Source: an uncultured Acidimicrobiaceae bacterium (lineage in GTDB: Bacteria; Actinomycetota; Acidimicrobiia; Acidimicrobiales; Bog-793). From it: 64,000 nt of DNA. The stretch's first letter is position 1. Each line of letters begins with the position of its first letter. Made by a program: the position numbers and the translations under genes. Under the pieces are notes generated by a model. The model had not been told where the DNA came from. It made no database searches and saw nothing but the letters and a program-made list of their open reading frames with translations. Location of the stretch: assembly GCA_963785415.1 (NCBI GenBank), contig CAWAVB010000001.1, positions 1,973,479 through 2,037,478 on the forward strand, in the 5' to 3' direction. Below are positions 28,611 through 40,427 of the stretch, one piece after another.

Positions 28611-29485
28611 CGACGGCGGCATCGGCTGGCGGTTGAGTCGGTGCCCTGAGCGGCGCCCCGACCCGTGCTCGGGTGATTTCGGCCGTCGCCTTCGCCCGAT
28701 CCCTGGTTGGGGCCGCGACCCCTGCGCCCGCCGCCAGGGCGGGAACCGGTCGACGGTCCGCGGCCACCATCCGCCCGACCGGGCCGGATGGACAAGGCGG
28801 GAGAATCTTTCGGTTTTGTGAATGTGAGACGAGCGCGCGCGTCAGCCGGCCGACCCCGGTCCGCGAACATCAAGCTCAACGGGGTGATCGAGACGGCGAT
28901 GACTCCCTTGCTTGTCACTCGTCATGTCAGTAACGTGACATCCCGAAGATTCCGTGAAACCAGGTGTCAATGATCTTTGGAGTTCCCTTCGAGGGGATCC
29001 CCGGCTGGCGTGTCCAGCCGCGAGGGTTTGCTGAGGACGTCGCGCCCGACATCTCCCGGGTGGGCGACGTCCGAGTTCGCGACGAGCTGACCCTTCCTCT
29101 TCTCCGCGGTGCGGGCGAGGGAGCGCGTCCCGTTACGACGTGGTCCGACCGCTCCGCGATGTTCCGTGACGGGCGACGAGCCATCGCTGCGACTCGCCGG
29201 GTGCAATCCGTCGCGACCAGCTGGCGCGCGAGCGCCGTCCTGGCGTGCTGTAAGCAGCCACAAGAAAGGGGGTCGGCATAAGCGGCTTAGCCCGGCGAGC
29301 GTGTCGGATTCACGCGAGACCAGTGCTCGGGACCGAGTTCCGGAGCATCTCCGTCAAGTCGAGACAAGCTGCGAGAAGGGTTATTTCGTAGTGTCGACTA
29401 AGCCTCCTGACGGCCGACGGTCAAGGGCCACGGAGGCTCCCGAAGTCGTAACATGCAGTGTCATCAAGCCAAAGGGGATATGAAT

Positions 29486-30595
29486 ATGGCGAAGTTTGAA
29501 CCCCACGAGGTAGACCCAAAGCAATACGAGATTTCACGCCGCCGGTTCCTGCGTAACGCCGGAGCGGTGGCGGCGTCTGTGCCGTTCCTCGGTGGTCTGG
29601 CCGAGATTCTCAGCGAACGGGGGGCAGGGGCCGCCACATTCCGTGACGAGTCGCACCCGCTGTTCGCGAGTCACCCGGCTTACAAGTTCACGTTCGTGAA
29701 CCACGTGACGACGAACCCGTTCTTCACGGCCACCATTTACGGGACGCAGGACGCCGCTCACATCCTCGGGATCCCGGTTCCTCAGTGGACTGGGTCGCAG
29801 GTCTCTGCGGTTTCGGACATGGTCAACGCGATCGACGTCGCGATTGCCGGCAAGGTGAACGGCATCGCCACGACCATCATCGACCCGACGGCGTTCAACA
29901 GCCCGGTCGACCACGCGTTGAACCTCGGCATCCCGGTCCTTGCCTACAACGCCGACGAGCCCGGAAACAACCGGATGTGCTACATCGGTCAGAGCAACCT
30001 CACCGCAGGTGCCGCTGCCGCTGCGAAGATTGTGGCCACCCTCAAGAAGGGTGACCTCGTCGGATTGGTCATCGCGACCCCGGGCACCGGCAACATCCAG
30101 CCAAGGATCAACGGAGCCATGCCGACCTTCAAGAAGGCCGGTCTGACTACCGAGGTCGTGGCCGGTGGTGCACTGGTTCCTGCCGAGATCACCGCAGTCC
30201 AGGCGTGGTACGAAGGTCACAAGGACGTCAAGTACTTCTACGCCGTCGACAATGGTGACTCAGAAGCTGTGGCCGACTGCATTACCAAGAACGGCCTCAT
30301 CGGCAAGGTCCACGGCTCGGGTTGGGACGTCAGCCTGCCCGTGCTCGATGGTGTCAAGAGCGGCGCTCTGGACTTCTCGATCGACCAGCAGGCCTACCTG
30401 CAAGGGTTCGTACCGACAGTCCAGATGTTCCTGTACAACATCTCGGCCGGTCTGATGAAGCCATGCGACACCGACACCGGTCTTGGCTTCATCAACAAGG
30501 CGAACTACGCGCCGTACCTGGCGCACGTCACGCGTTTTGAGGGAGCTGGCGCCACGGAGACGGCTTTCGCGCCTCCAACAAAGATCCTTTACTGA
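29486..30595 (+). CDS. Sugar ABC transporter substrate-binding protein, Tat signal
   Basis: SRRRFLRN Tat motif; periplasmic-binding-protein motifs NPFF, YIGQSN, DQQAYLQG. Confidence 0.9.
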   Translation: MAKFEPHEVDPKQYEISRRRFLRNAGAVAASVPFLGGLAEILSERGAGAATFRDESHPLFASHPAYKFTFVNHVTTNPFFTATIYGTQDAAHILGIPVPQWTGSQVSAVSDMVNAIDVAIAGKVNGIATTIIDPTAFNSPVDHALNLGIPVLAYNADEPGNNRMCYIGQSNLTAGAAAAAKIVATLKKGDLVGLVIATPGTGNIQPRINGAMPTFKKAGLTTEVVAGGALVPAEITAVQAWYEGHKDVKYFYAVDNGDSEAVADCITKNGLIGKVHGSGWDVSLPVLDGVKSGALDFSIDQQAYLQGFVPTVQMFLYNISAGLMKPCDTDTGLGFINKANYAPYLAHVTRFEGAGATETAFAPPTKILY

Positions 30596-30598
30596 TCA

Positions 30599-31627
30599 GT
30601 GCAGCCCCTAACTCCTGAAGAGGAGGCGCTCGCCCCCGCTCCGCGTTTTGCGGAGCGGGGGCTCGTGCGCCGTGTCTCGGATGTGTTCTTCATCCGGCCC
30701 GAGGCGACGATCGTTGTCGTCTGCATTGCGCTGATCGCCTACTTCTCCTGGCGCAACGCGAACTTCTACTCCTATTTGAACCTGGTCACGATGGCGCAGT
30801 ACACGGCGCCGATCGCGGTCATCGGCGCGGGCGAGGTCCTGCTGCTCGACCTCGCCGAGATCGATCTCTCCGCGGGCCAGGTGTTCCTCACGGCACCATG
30901 GTTCGTCGTGTTCATGGGGCAGCACGGCCTGCCCCTCGCTTGGGCGATCATCCTGTCGTTGGTTCTCTGCAGCCTCATCGGCGCCTTCAACGGGTCGATC
31001 GTCGTCTGGCTGAAGGTTCCGTCCTTCGTCGCGACGCTCGGTGTGAACTATGTGCTCGCGGGATATGTCCTCGTCGTCTCTAACGACATCACCACCGACA
31101 TGACCGGCACGACGGGAAAGTTCGGTGCCGTCCTGGGCATCAGCAACTGGGCCGAGGGCCTGTGGGGCTTGGGGCTCGTCCTCATCATCTGGGCGTTGCT
31201 CAAGGGGACCGTCTTCGGCCTGCATACGACGGCGACCGGCGGCAACGAGCTCGGTGCGGCCGAGGCCGGCGTGCGCACCCGGCAGGTCAAGATCTGGTGC
31301 TTCGTCATCATCGCCTTCATCTCCGCGGCCATCGGGATCGTCGACGCGATCCGAATCGGAAGCCTTGACCCCGCGGCTCCCGGGTTGAACGAGATGCTGG
31401 CCGGCGTCACCGCCGCGGTCATCGGCGGAACGGCTCTCACCGGTGGCAAAGCCACCGTCGTCGGGACCTTGATCGGAGCGATTGTGCTCGGTGTGCTCGA
31501 GGATGGCTTCAACCTCATCGGCATCAGCGCGAACTGGTTCATCCTTGTGGAAGGTGCCGTGATCCTTATGGCGATGGCGGTGAACGTCCAGCTCGGACGG
31601 GTGACGGCCAAGACGCTCCGACGATGA
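30599..31627 (+). CDS. Sugar ABC transporter permease (RbsC-like)
   Basis: IDLSAG, VPSFVATLG, GGN..AAEAGV, AAVIGGTALTGG. Confidence 0.93.
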   Translation: MQPLTPEEEALAPAPRFAERGLVRRVSDVFFIRPEATIVVVCIALIAYFSWRNANFYSYLNLVTMAQYTAPIAVIGAGEVLLLDLAEIDLSAGQVFLTAPWFVVFMGQHGLPLAWAIILSLVLCSLIGAFNGSIVVWLKVPSFVATLGVNYVLAGYVLVVSNDITTDMTGTTGKFGAVLGISNWAEGLWGLGLVLIIWALLKGTVFGLHTTATGGNELGAAEAGVRTRQVKIWCFVIIAFISAAIGIVDAIRIGSLDPAAPGLNEMLAGVTAAVIGGTALTGGKATVVGTLIGAIVLGVLEDGFNLIGISANWFILVEGAVILMAMAVNVQLGRVTAKTLRR

Positions 31628-32532
31628 TTGGTGATGATGCGATGAACGACGCTCGACTCGACGACACGTCCATGCCCGGCGAGGGTCTCGCGCGCAACGG
31701 GCAAGCGCGCGCCAACGGTGCGGAGCCCAACGCCCGCCGCTCATCCATCGAGAGCCAGGACATCATCCTTTCTACAGAAGGGATCACGAAGAGCTTCGGC
31801 GCTCTTATCGTCCTGAGAGGGATCGACATCCATCTCCGGCGCGGTGAGGTGCTCGGTCTGGTGGGCGACAACGGCAGCGGAAAGAGCACGTTCGTCAAGA
31901 TCCTGTGCGGTTTCCACCGCCAGGATGCAGGGAAGATCTTCGTCGACGGCCGAGAGCAGAGTTTCCACTCGGTGAAGGACTCTCGTCGGGCCGGCATCGA
32001 GACGGTGTATCAGGACCTGGCGCTCGTCCCGGCCCTCACCGTCTACCAGAACCTGTTCCTCAACCGCGAGATCAGCCGCTTCGGGATGCTCCGTTGGCTG
32101 TCGAACAACAAGATGCGCCAACTGGCCCGTCAGTACCTGAACGACATCAACGTCCAGGTCTCGAGCGTCGATGCCCTGATCGAAAGCATGTCCGGCGGCC
32201 AGCGGCAAGCAGTCGCCCTGGCGAGGGCGACGCACCAGGAGTCGAAGATCCTCCTCCTCGACGAGCCGCTCGCGGCGATGGGCGCGAAGGAATCCGCTCT
32301 CGTCATCGACCTCGTCAAGGACCTCTCGCACAACCGTGGCGTTTCGATGCTGATCATCGACCACAACTACCAGCACCTATTCGAACTGTGCGACCGGTTG
32401 AACGTGCTGCAGGAAGGGCGCATCACCCTCGACCTGCGCGTTGAGGACACGACGATGGAGGACGTGACCGCGCTCATGGTCGCGGACTACCGCCGCCGCA
32501 TCATGCTTGGCCAGGAGGAGCTCAAGGTTTGA
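31624..32532 (+). CDS. Sugar ABC transporter ATP-binding protein
   Basis: GDNGSGKST, MSGGQRQ, LLLDEP. Confidence 0.93.
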   Translation: MIGDDAMNDARLDDTSMPGEGLARNGQARANGAEPNARRSSIESQDIILSTEGITKSFGALIVLRGIDIHLRRGEVLGLVGDNGSGKSTFVKILCGFHRQDAGKIFVDGREQSFHSVKDSRRAGIETVYQDLALVPALTVYQNLFLNREISRFGMLRWLSNNKMRQLARQYLNDINVQVSSVDALIESMSGGQRQAVALARATHQESKILLLDEPLAAMGAKESALVIDLVKDLSHNRGVSMLIIDHNYQHLFELCDRLNVLQEGRITLDLRVEDTTMEDVTALMVADYRRRIMLGQEELKV

Positions 32533-32630
32533 CGCGGCCGGAGCTGGGCGCAGCAGACCCTGGTTCACGCATCACCGATCGATGGCTCTCGTTTGGATGG
32601 AATATCTCAGACTGCTAAGGAGCCGCCGAC

Positions 32631-33680
32631 ATGGAATATCGTCAGCTTGGCTATACGGGCGTGAGGGTGTCCGCCCTCGCCCTCGGCACGATGACCTTCG
32701 GTGGTCGTGGCAAGTTCGCGCTGGTCGGCGAGACCGAGGTTGACGAGGCTCGGCGCATCGTCAACCGGGCGCTCGATGGTGGCATCAACTTCATCGACAC
32801 GGCGGACGTCTACTCGGACGGACGGTCTGAGGAGATCGTCGGAGAGCTGATCAAGGGCCGCCGCGACGAGATCGTGCTCGCGACCAAGGCGCGCTTCGCG
32901 ATGGGAGACGGCCAGAACGACGCCGGGTTGTCGCGCCGCTACCTCCTGCGGGCCTGCGAGGCGAGCCTGCGCCGGCTCGGCACCGACTACATCGATCTGT
33001 ACCAGGTGCACGAGCGGGACGGCCTGACGCCGATGGAGGAGACGCTCGACGCGCTCGACACCCTTGTCCACCAGGGGAAGGTGCGCTACATCGGCTGCTC
33101 CAACCATTCGGCGTGGCACGTCATGAAGGCGCTCGGCATCTCGGAGCGGTGGGGACTACAGCGCTTCGTCACCCAGCAGATCTACTACTCGCTGCTCGAT
33201 CGGGACGCCGAGTACGAGCTGATCCCGCTGTCGATCGACCAAGGGCTCGGAGTCCTCGTCTGGAGCCCGTTGGCCGGTGGCCTGCTCTCGGGGAAGTATC
33301 GCCGGAACGTGGAACCGCCGGTGGGTTCGCGCCAGACGACGCCCTGGGGCGAGCCACCCGTCTACGACCGGGACCGGATGTACCGGATCGTTGAGGCCCT
33401 CGCTGAGGTGGCCTCGGCCCGCGGCACTTCTCCCGCCCAGGCGGCACTCGCCTACTTGCTCGGGCGCCCGGCCGTGACGTCGCTCGTCATCGGCGCCCGG
33501 ACCGAGGAGCAGCTCGCCGACAACCTCGGCTCCGTCGAATGGACGCTCGACGTCGAGGAGCGGGCCCGGCTCGACGAGGTGAGCGCGCCGTTGCTCATCT
33601 ACCCGTACTGGCACCAGGCCAACACGGCTCCGGAACGGCTCAGCGCGGCCGACGAGGCGCTTTTGCGCCCCTACCACTGA
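32631..33680 (+). CDS. Aldo/keto reductase
   Basis: LGTMTFG, DTADVY, LATK, LYQVH, GKVRYIGCSN, WSPLAGG. Confidence 0.93.
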   Translation: MEYRQLGYTGVRVSALALGTMTFGGRGKFALVGETEVDEARRIVNRALDGGINFIDTADVYSDGRSEEIVGELIKGRRDEIVLATKARFAMGDGQNDAGLSRRYLLRACEASLRRLGTDYIDLYQVHERDGLTPMEETLDALDTLVHQGKVRYIGCSNHSAWHVMKALGISERWGLQRFVTQQIYYSLLDRDAEYELIPLSIDQGLGVLVWSPLAGGLLSGKYRRNVEPPVGSRQTTPWGEPPVYDRDRMYRIVEALAEVASARGTSPAQAALAYLLGRPAVTSLVIGARTEEQLADNLGSVEWTLDVEERARLDEVSAPLLIYPYWHQANTAPERLSAADEALLRPYH

Positions 33681-33803
33681 CGACCGGGCTTGGCGCCCGA
33701 CCGACGTTGGCACGGGGGAAGAAGGCATAGTCAGATAGCACGCTCGCCGACCGGCTGCGATCGGGTCGAAGACGAGCGGGGTGACCGAGGAGGAAGATCG
33801 CGG

Positions 33804-34988
33804 ATGGTCGTGCCAACCAAGCAAGACAGGTTCTCGTTCGGGCTCTGGACGATCGGCTGGCAAGCGCGCGACACCTTCGGCGACGCGACCCGGGCCCGCC
33901 TCGACCCCGTTGAATCGGTCGCCCACCTCGCCGAACTCGGCGCGTGGGGCGTGACGTTCCACGACGACGACCTCATCCCGTTCGGAAGCGACGAGCCCAC
34001 GCGCGAGAAGCTCGTCAAGCGCTTCCGCCGCGCCGTCGACGACTGCGGCCTCGTCGTCCCGATGATGACGACGAACCTTTTTACGCACCCGATGTTCAAA
34101 GACGGTGCCTTCACGGCGAACGACCGCGGCGTGCGCCGCTACGCCCTGCGCAAGGTGATGCGCAATCTCGACCTCGCCGCGGAGCTCGGTGCGACGACCT
34201 ATGTGTTCTGGGGAGGGCGCGAGGGCTCGGAGACCGACGCGGCCAAGGACGTCCGGGCCGCGCTCGACCGCTACCGGGAGGGGATCGACTTCCTCGCCCA
34301 GTACGCCGTCGACAAGGGCTACCCGATCCGCTTCGCGATTGAACCCAAGCCCAACGAGCCGCGGGGCGACATCATCCTGCCGACCGTCGGGGCCGCGCTC
34401 GCCTTCATCTCCACGCTCGAACACCGCGAGATGGTCGGGGTCAACCCCGAGGTCGGCCACGAGCAGATGGCGGGGATGAACTTCGTGCACAGCATCTCCC
34501 AGGCGCTGTGGCAGGGGAAGCTCTTCCACATCGACCTGAACGGCCAGCGGGGGGTCAAGTTCGACCAGGACCTCGTCTTCGGCCACGGCGACCTCGTCAA
34601 CGCCTTCTTCCTCGTCGACCTGCTCGAGAACGGCGCCCCCGGTGGCGGTCCCGCCTACGACGGCCCGCGGCACTTCGACTTCAAACCGCAACGGACCGAG
34701 GACATGGCGGGCGTCTGGGAGGCCGCGGCCTCGAACATGAGCACGTACCTGCTCTTGAAGGAACGGGCCAAGGCGTTTCGCGCCGACCCCGAGGTGCGCG
34801 CCGCCCTTGCCGCGAGCCAGGTCGAGGAGCTGTCCGTCCCGACCCTCGGCCCCGGCGAGGACGCGGCGAAGCTGCGCGCCGACCTCGACGCGTACGAGCG
34901 CTACGACGTCGAGACGTCCGGGGTCCGGGGTTGCGGCTTCGCCCGGCTCGACCAGCTCGCGATCGAGCATCTCCTCGGTGCGCGATGA
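33804..34988 (+). CDS. xylA: Xylose isomerase (class I)
   Basis: [58 protein letters not shown]. Confidence 0.97.
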   Translation: MVVPTKQDRFSFGLWTIGWQARDTFGDATRARLDPVESVAHLAELGAWGVTFHDDDLIPFGSDEPTREKLVKRFRRAVDDCGLVVPMMTTNLFTHPMFKDGAFTANDRGVRRYALRKVMRNLDLAAELGATTYVFWGGREGSETDAAKDVRAALDRYREGIDFLAQYAVDKGYPIRFAIEPKPNEPRGDIILPTVGAALAFISTLEHREMVGVNPEVGHEQMAGMNFVHSISQALWQGKLFHIDLNGQRGVKFDQDLVFGHGDLVNAFFLVDLLENGAPGGGPAYDGPRHFDFKPQRTEDMAGVWEAAASNMSTYLLLKERAKAFRADPEVRAALAASQVEELSVPTLGPGEDAAKLRADLDAYERYDVETSGVRGCGFARLDQLAIEHLLGAR

Positions 34989-35048
34989 ACGATCCCCGGT
35001 GCGGGCCTCGGGCGTGAGCGCCACAGGTCGTCTCGGAAGCGCTTGGCG

Positions 35049-36539
35049 ATGACACTCGTCGCCGGGGTCGATTCCTCCACGCAGTCGTGCAAGGTCGTCG
35101 TGTGCGACGGCGCGACGGGTGCGGTCGTCCGCTCGGCGAGCGCGCCGCACCCCGACGCGACCGAGGTCGACCCGGCGCACTGGCTGGCGGCGCTGCGTAC
35201 GGCCATGGTCCAGGCCGGGGGCGAGGAGGGCGTCGCCGCCCTCGCCGTGGCGGCCCAGCAGCACGGGATGGTATGTCTGGACGGCCAGGGTGCGGTCGTC
35301 CGGCCGGCTGTGCTCTGGAACGACATGCGGTCGGCCGGGGCCGCCGCCGAGCTTGTCGCTGAGCTCGGCGGGCCCACCGAGGGGGGCCGGAGGTGGGCCG
35401 ACGCCGTCGGCAGCGTCCCGACGGCGTCGTTCACGGTGACGAAGCTGCGCTGGCTCGCCGAGCACGAACCCGACAGCGCGGCGCGGACCGCCACGGTGTG
35501 CCTTCCGCACGACTGGCTGACCTGGCAGCTGGGAGGCGGCCTCGTGGGCCGGGAACGTGGCGCGAACGCGCTTGTCACCGACCGGGGTGACGCGAGCGGC
35601 ACCGGCTACTTCTCCCCGGCTAGGGGCGAGTACCGCCTCGATCTTTTTGAGCGTGCCTTTGGGCGCGTGGCCGGGCTGCCCCCGGTGCTCGATTCGCGCG
35701 AACCCGCCGGCCGCACGCCGGGCGGCATCGTCCTCGGGTGTGGGACCGGGGACAACGCCGCCGCCGCCCTCGGCGTCGCCGCGTCCCCGGGCGACGTCAT
35801 CGTGTCGATCGGGACCTCGGGAACGGTGTTCGCGGTCTGCGAACACCCGGTCGCGGACCCGACCGGGGTGATCGCCGGCTTCGCCGACGCGACGCGCCGC
35901 TTCCTGCCGCTCGTGTGCACGGTGAACGCGGCGCGCGTGTTCCGGGCGACGGCGCGAGTGCTCGGCGTCGACCAGCACGGGCTTTCCTCGCTCGCCCTCC
36001 AGGCGCCGGCCGGTGCCGACGGCCTCGTCGTCGTCCCGTACTTCGAGGGAGAACGGACACCGAACCGGCCGTTCGCCACCGGGGCCGTGCACGGCCTGCG
36101 CATCGCGACCTCAACGCCACGGCACTTCGCCCGTGCCGCGGTCGAGGGCGTCCTGTGCGGGCTGGCCGTCGGTCTCGACGCGCTCGTCGCTCACGACGTG
36201 CGTGTCGAGCGCGTGATCCTCATCGGTGGCGCCAGCCGCTCCGAGGCGGTTCGCCGGATCGCCCCCGGTGTCTTCGGTCGTCCCGTCGTCGTGCCCGCGT
36301 CGGCGCAGCACGTCGCCATCGGCGCGGCCCGCCAGGCGGCGTGGGCGTTGTCCGGGGACGTCGACCCCCCGGACTGGAACGCCGGGACGAGCGCGACGTA
36401 CGAATCCGAGCCGCTCGACTTCGTCCGGGCGCGCTACGCGGAGGTCTGCGAGATGACAGCGAGAGTGCCCACAGTCGAGACGGCACCCGAACGTGCCGTC
36501 ATGGCCCCGCGGCGACGCGGATCGGCTGGGCCAGCGTGA
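35049..36539 (+). CDS. xylB: Xylulokinase (FGGY kinase)
   Basis: [37 protein letters not shown]. Follows xylA. Confidence 0.93.
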   Translation: MTLVAGVDSSTQSCKVVVCDGATGAVVRSASAPHPDATEVDPAHWLAALRTAMVQAGGEEGVAALAVAAQQHGMVCLDGQGAVVRPAVLWNDMRSAGAAAELVAELGGPTEGGRRWADAVGSVPTASFTVTKLRWLAEHEPDSAARTATVCLPHDWLTWQLGGGLVGRERGANALVTDRGDASGTGYFSPARGEYRLDLFERAFGRVAGLPPVLDSREPAGRTPGGIVLGCGTGDNAAAALGVAASPGDVIVSIGTSGTVFAVCEHPVADPTGVIAGFADATRRFLPLVCTVNAARVFRATARVLGVDQHGLSSLALQAPAGADGLVVVPYFEGERTPNRPFATGAVHGLRIATSTPRHFARAAVEGVLCGLAVGLDALVAHDVRVERVILIGGASRSEAVRRIAPGVFGRPVVVPASAQHVAIGAARQAAWALSGDVDPPDWNAGTSATYESEPLDFVRARYAEVCEMTARVPTVETAPERAVMAPRRRGSAGPA

Positions 36540-38221
36540 GCCGCGCGACGACGTCCCGCCGGCACCTGGCGATCGGTGTCGATTTCGGCACGAGGTCGGG
36601 CCGCGTGCTCCTCCTCGACCTGCGCACCGGCGAGGAGGTCGCGGTCGCCGAGGTCCGCTACCCGCACGGCGTCATCGACGCGAGGCTGCCGTCGGCGAAA
36701 GGGGAGCTGCCCCCGGACACGGCGCTCCAGGACCCCGCGGACTACCTGGAGGTCTTCTACCGCGGGATCCCGGAGGCGCTGGCGGCGGGCAAGGTCCGCG
36801 CCGAGGACGTCATCGGCATCGGCGTCGACTTCACCGCCTGCACCGTCCTGCCGGTGACCGCGGACGGCACGCCGCTCTGCCAGCTCGACGCGTTCCGCGA
36901 TCACCCCCATGCCTGGGTGAAGCTCTGGAAGCACCATTCGGCCCAGCCGATCGCCGACCGGTTGAACGAGGTCGCCATCGAACGCCACGAGCCGTTCCTC
37001 GCTCGCTACGGGGGGCGTCTGTCGTCGGAGTGGTACTTCCCGAAGCTCATCGAGATCTGGCGGGACGATCGCGGCGTTTACGAGGCGATGGACGCCTTCG
37101 TCGAGGCGACCGACTGGGTGGTGTGGCAGCTCACGGGGGTGCTCGTGCGGGCGAGCTGCACCGCCGGGTACAAGGCGTGCTGGTCGGCCCACGACGGCCT
37201 GCCGTCGCGGGGGTACTTCGAGGCCGCCTACCCCGGTTTCCCGGACCCGGCGGACAAGCTCGGGTCGAGCTTCTCCCCGCCCGGCCGGCGGGCGGGTCGG
37301 CTGCGGCCCGAAGTGGCCGCCCGGCTCGGGCTCAGCCCGGACGTCGCCGTGGCGGTCGGCAACGTCGACTCGTTCGTCTCCGCCCCCGGCGCCGGCGTCC
37401 AGCGGCCGGGCGTGTTCGTGATGGTCGTCGGCACGTCGATCTGCGACCTCGTCATCGACCGACGCGAGATCAAGATGACGGGGATCACCGGCGTCGTCGA
37501 GGACGGGATCCTCCCGGGGTACTTCGGCTACGAGGCGGGGCAGGCGGCCGTGGGGGACATGTTCGGCTGGTTCGGGGGTCACCTGTTCGGCTTCGCCCAC
37601 CGCCATTCGGGCGAGAGCTGGTTCACGAGGATCGAGCGGGAGGCGGCGACCGTCCAGCCGGGCGCGAGCGGGCTCGTCGCCCTCGACTGGTGGAACGGCA
37701 ACCGGACGATCCTCGGTGACGCCGACCTGTCGGGGGTCATCGCCGGCCTGACGCTCGCGACCTCCGCGACCGAGATCTACCGCGCGCTTCTCGAATCAGT
37801 GGCCTTCGGGACGCGCCGGATCGTCGAGAACTTCGTCGAGAACGGCATCCCCCTTTCCGAGGTGGTCGCCTGCGGCGGGATCGCCGAGCGCAGCTCACTC
37901 ATGATGCAGCTCTTCGCCGATGTGACCGGACTGCCCGTCACGGTCCCCGACTCGCAACAGATCCCGGCCCGCGGGGCGGCACTGTTCGGCGCGCTCGCCG
38001 CCGGCTCGGCCCGGGGAGGCTTCGACGACATCGAGACCGCCGTCACCGAACTGCGGCCGGCCGTCGCCCGGCGCTACGAGGCGTCGGCCGCCAACCTGGC
38101 GACGTACGACGGGATCTACGAGGTCTTCCGCGGGTTGCACGACGAGCTCGGTCTGGAGCACGCCGAGTGGATGCACCGGTTGAAGCAGATCCGGCGGGCC
38201 GTCGTGGCGAACCGCACATGA
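36536..38221 (+). CDS. araB: Ribulokinase
   Basis: [57 protein letters not shown] overlap with xylB. Confidence 0.95.
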   Translation: MSRATTSRRHLAIGVDFGTRSGRVLLLDLRTGEEVAVAEVRYPHGVIDARLPSAKGELPPDTALQDPADYLEVFYRGIPEALAAGKVRAEDVIGIGVDFTACTVLPVTADGTPLCQLDAFRDHPHAWVKLWKHHSAQPIADRLNEVAIERHEPFLARYGGRLSSEWYFPKLIEIWRDDRGVYEAMDAFVEATDWVVWQLTGVLVRASCTAGYKACWSAHDGLPSRGYFEAAYPGFPDPADKLGSSFSPPGRRAGRLRPEVAARLGLSPDVAVAVGNVDSFVSAPGAGVQRPGVFVMVVGTSICDLVIDRREIKMTGITGVVEDGILPGYFGYEAGQAAVGDMFGWFGGHLFGFAHRHSGESWFTRIEREAATVQPGASGLVALDWWNGNRTILGDADLSGVIAGLTLATSATEIYRALLESVAFGTRRIVENFVENGIPLSEVVACGGIAERSSLMMQLFADVTGLPVTVPDSQQIPARGAALFGALAAGSARGGFDDIETAVTELRPAVARRYEASAANLATYDGIYEVFRGLHDELGLEHAEWMHRLKQIRRAVVANRT

Positions 38222-38270
38222 CAAGCGGGGGTCGGCGACCGCCCGGGGACGCGGTTCGAAGGAGGTTGCG

Positions 38271-39671
38271 ATGACGACACGAGAGCGGCCGCGCATCGGG
38301 ATGCTCGGCATCATGCAGGAGCTCTACGACGCGATGATCCCGCGCATCACCGAGCACCAAGCCGAGTTTGCCCGCGAGCTGTGCGCGAGGCTCGCCCCCG
38401 CGGCCGATGTCGTCTTCACGCGTCCGGCGCGCAACCGCGACGACATCGAGGAGATCGTGAAGGACCTCGTCGGGCGGGGGCTCGACGGGATCATGATCGT
38501 CATGCTCACCTACGGGCCGGCGATGCGCACCCTGCGGGCGCTCGAGGAGAACCCGCTCCCGCTGCTGCTCGCCAACATCCAGCCCGAGCCCGTCGTCACC
38601 GCGGCGTGGACGATGGACGACCTCACCTACAACCAGGGCATCCACGGGGCCCAGGACCAGTCGAACGCGATGCTGCGCGCCGGGTTCCCGTACTCGGTCA
38701 TCACCGACGAGTGGCGCTCGCCGGAGTTCCTCGCCGCCTTCGAGTCCTGGGCGAGGGCGGCGCAGACGGTGACGAAGCTGAAGCGGACGAAGATCGCCCT
38801 GTTCGGCTACCCGATGAACGGCATGGAAGACGTCGTCTACGACGCCACGGCGCTGCTGCGCAAGCTCGGGCCGATTGTCGTCAACGAGAACCTCGGGGAC
38901 GTCTACGTGCGGATGCAGGCCGTCACGGCCGACGCCGTCGGTGAGGTCCGGAAGAACCACGCCGCCTGGTTCGAGATCGACCCGAAGCTTCCCGCCGCCA
39001 GCCACGAGTACGCGATCCGCTTCGAGCTCGCCCTGCGGGGGATCCTCGAGGAGGGCGGCTACCACGGGTGGTCGATGCACTTCGAACCCGTCGGGCGCGA
39101 CGGCCGTTTCGAGCAGCTCCCGCTGCTCGCCGCCTCGGACCTGATGGCCGACGGGTACGGCTACGGCGCCGAAGGCGACACGAACGCGGCCGCGCTCGTC
39201 TGCGCGAGCCACACGCTCGTCGGCGACGCGCACTTCAGCGAGATGTACGCGATGGATTACGAGCTCGACTCCGTGCTCATCAGCCACATGGGGGAGGGCA
39301 ACTGGCGGGTCGCCCGTCATGACCGCCCGATCCGGCTCGTCGACCGCCCGCTCGGGATCGGCGGGCTCGGCAACCCGCCGACGGCGGTGTTCTCGGCCGA
39401 GCCCGGCGTCGCGACGGTCGCCACGCTCATCGCGCTCGAGGGCGAGCACTACCGGCTCGCCGTCGCCCGCGGCGAGGTGCTCGACACGCGGGAGCTGCCC
39501 GCCGTCCAGATGCCGTACTTCCATTTCCGGCCGGACTCGGGGATGCGCCCGTTCCTCACGGCATGGCTGCGCAACGGTGGCACGCACCACTTCTGCACGA
39601 ACCTCGGCGACCACGTCGAACGCTGGCGCCTCCTCGCCGAGCAGCTCGACATCGACTACGTCGAGATCTGA
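38271..39671 (+). CDS. araA: L-arabinose isomerase family protein
   Basis: NQGIHG, YGAEGD, FSEMY, SHMGEGN, GGTHH. Lies between araB and araD. Confidence 0.8.
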   Translation: MTTRERPRIGMLGIMQELYDAMIPRITEHQAEFARELCARLAPAADVVFTRPARNRDDIEEIVKDLVGRGLDGIMIVMLTYGPAMRTLRALEENPLPLLLANIQPEPVVTAAWTMDDLTYNQGIHGAQDQSNAMLRAGFPYSVITDEWRSPEFLAAFESWARAAQTVTKLKRTKIALFGYPMNGMEDVVYDATALLRKLGPIVVNENLGDVYVRMQAVTADAVGEVRKNHAAWFEIDPKLPAASHEYAIRFELALRGILEEGGYHGWSMHFEPVGRDGRFEQLPLLAASDLMADGYGYGAEGDTNAAALVCASHTLVGDAHFSEMYAMDYELDSVLISHMGEGNWRVARHDRPIRLVDRPLGIGGLGNPPTAVFSAEPGVATVATLIALEGEHYRLAVARGEVLDTRELPAVQMPYFHFRPDSGMRPFLTAWLRNGGTHHFCTNLGDHVERWRLLAEQLDIDYVEI

Positions 39672-39681
39672 GGAGGATGAG

Positions 39682-40380
39682 ATGAGCATCCGGGAGGGGC
39701 TGCGCGAGGAGGTGCTCGAGGCCAACCTCGCCCTCGTGCGCCACGGCCTCGTGACGTTGACGTGGGGGAACGCGAGCGGGATCGACCGGGGCTCCGGACT
39801 CGTCGCGATCAAGCCGAGCGGCGTCGCCTACGCGGGGATGAACGCCGGGGACATCGTCGTCGTCGACCTCGCCGGCAACGTCGTCGAGGGCGAACGGCAC
39901 CCCTCGACCGACCTCCCGACGCACCTCCTCCTCTACCGCACCTTTCCTGAAATCGGTGGTGTCGTCCACACCCACTCGACCTGGGCGACGGCGTGGGCCC
40001 AGGCCGGGCGGGAGATCCCGATCCTCGGGACGACGCACGCCGACCTGTGCCCCGGTCCGGTGCCGGTCGCCCGGCATCTCACCGACGACGAGGTGGCCGG
40101 CGCCTACGAGGAGAACACCGGGGTCGTCCTCGTCGAGGCGATCCGCGCCCGCGGGATCGACGAGGTGCCCTGTGCGCTTGTCCCCGGCCACGGGCCCTTC
40201 ACCTGGGGCGCCGACGCCGCGCAGGCGGTCGAGCGGGCGGTCACGCTCGAACAGGTGGCGCGCATGGCCCTGCTTACCTTGGTCGTCCAGCCCGAGGCCC
40301 CGGACCTTGCGGCGGCCGTCGTCGAACGCCACTACACGAGGAAGCACGGACCCGGCGCCTACTACGGGCAACCTGGCTGA
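39682..40380 (+). CDS. araD: L-ribulose-5-phosphate 4-epimerase
   Basis: TWGNASG, IKPSGV, PSTDLPTH, VHTHS, GTTHAD, HGPFTWG, RKHGPGAYYGQ. Confidence 0.96.
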   Translation: MSIREGLREEVLEANLALVRHGLVTLTWGNASGIDRGSGLVAIKPSGVAYAGMNAGDIVVVDLAGNVVEGERHPSTDLPTHLLLYRTFPEIGGVVHTHSTWATAWAQAGREIPILGTTHADLCPGPVPVARHLTDDEVAGAYEENTGVVLVEAIRARGIDEVPCALVPGHGPFTWGADAAQAVERAVTLEQVARMALLTLVVQPEAPDLAAAVVERHYTRKHGPGAYYGQPG

Positions 40381-40427
40381 CCCCGAATCCCGAGCCGGCC
40401 CTTCCGGCCGACACGTCGCCCGGCGGC

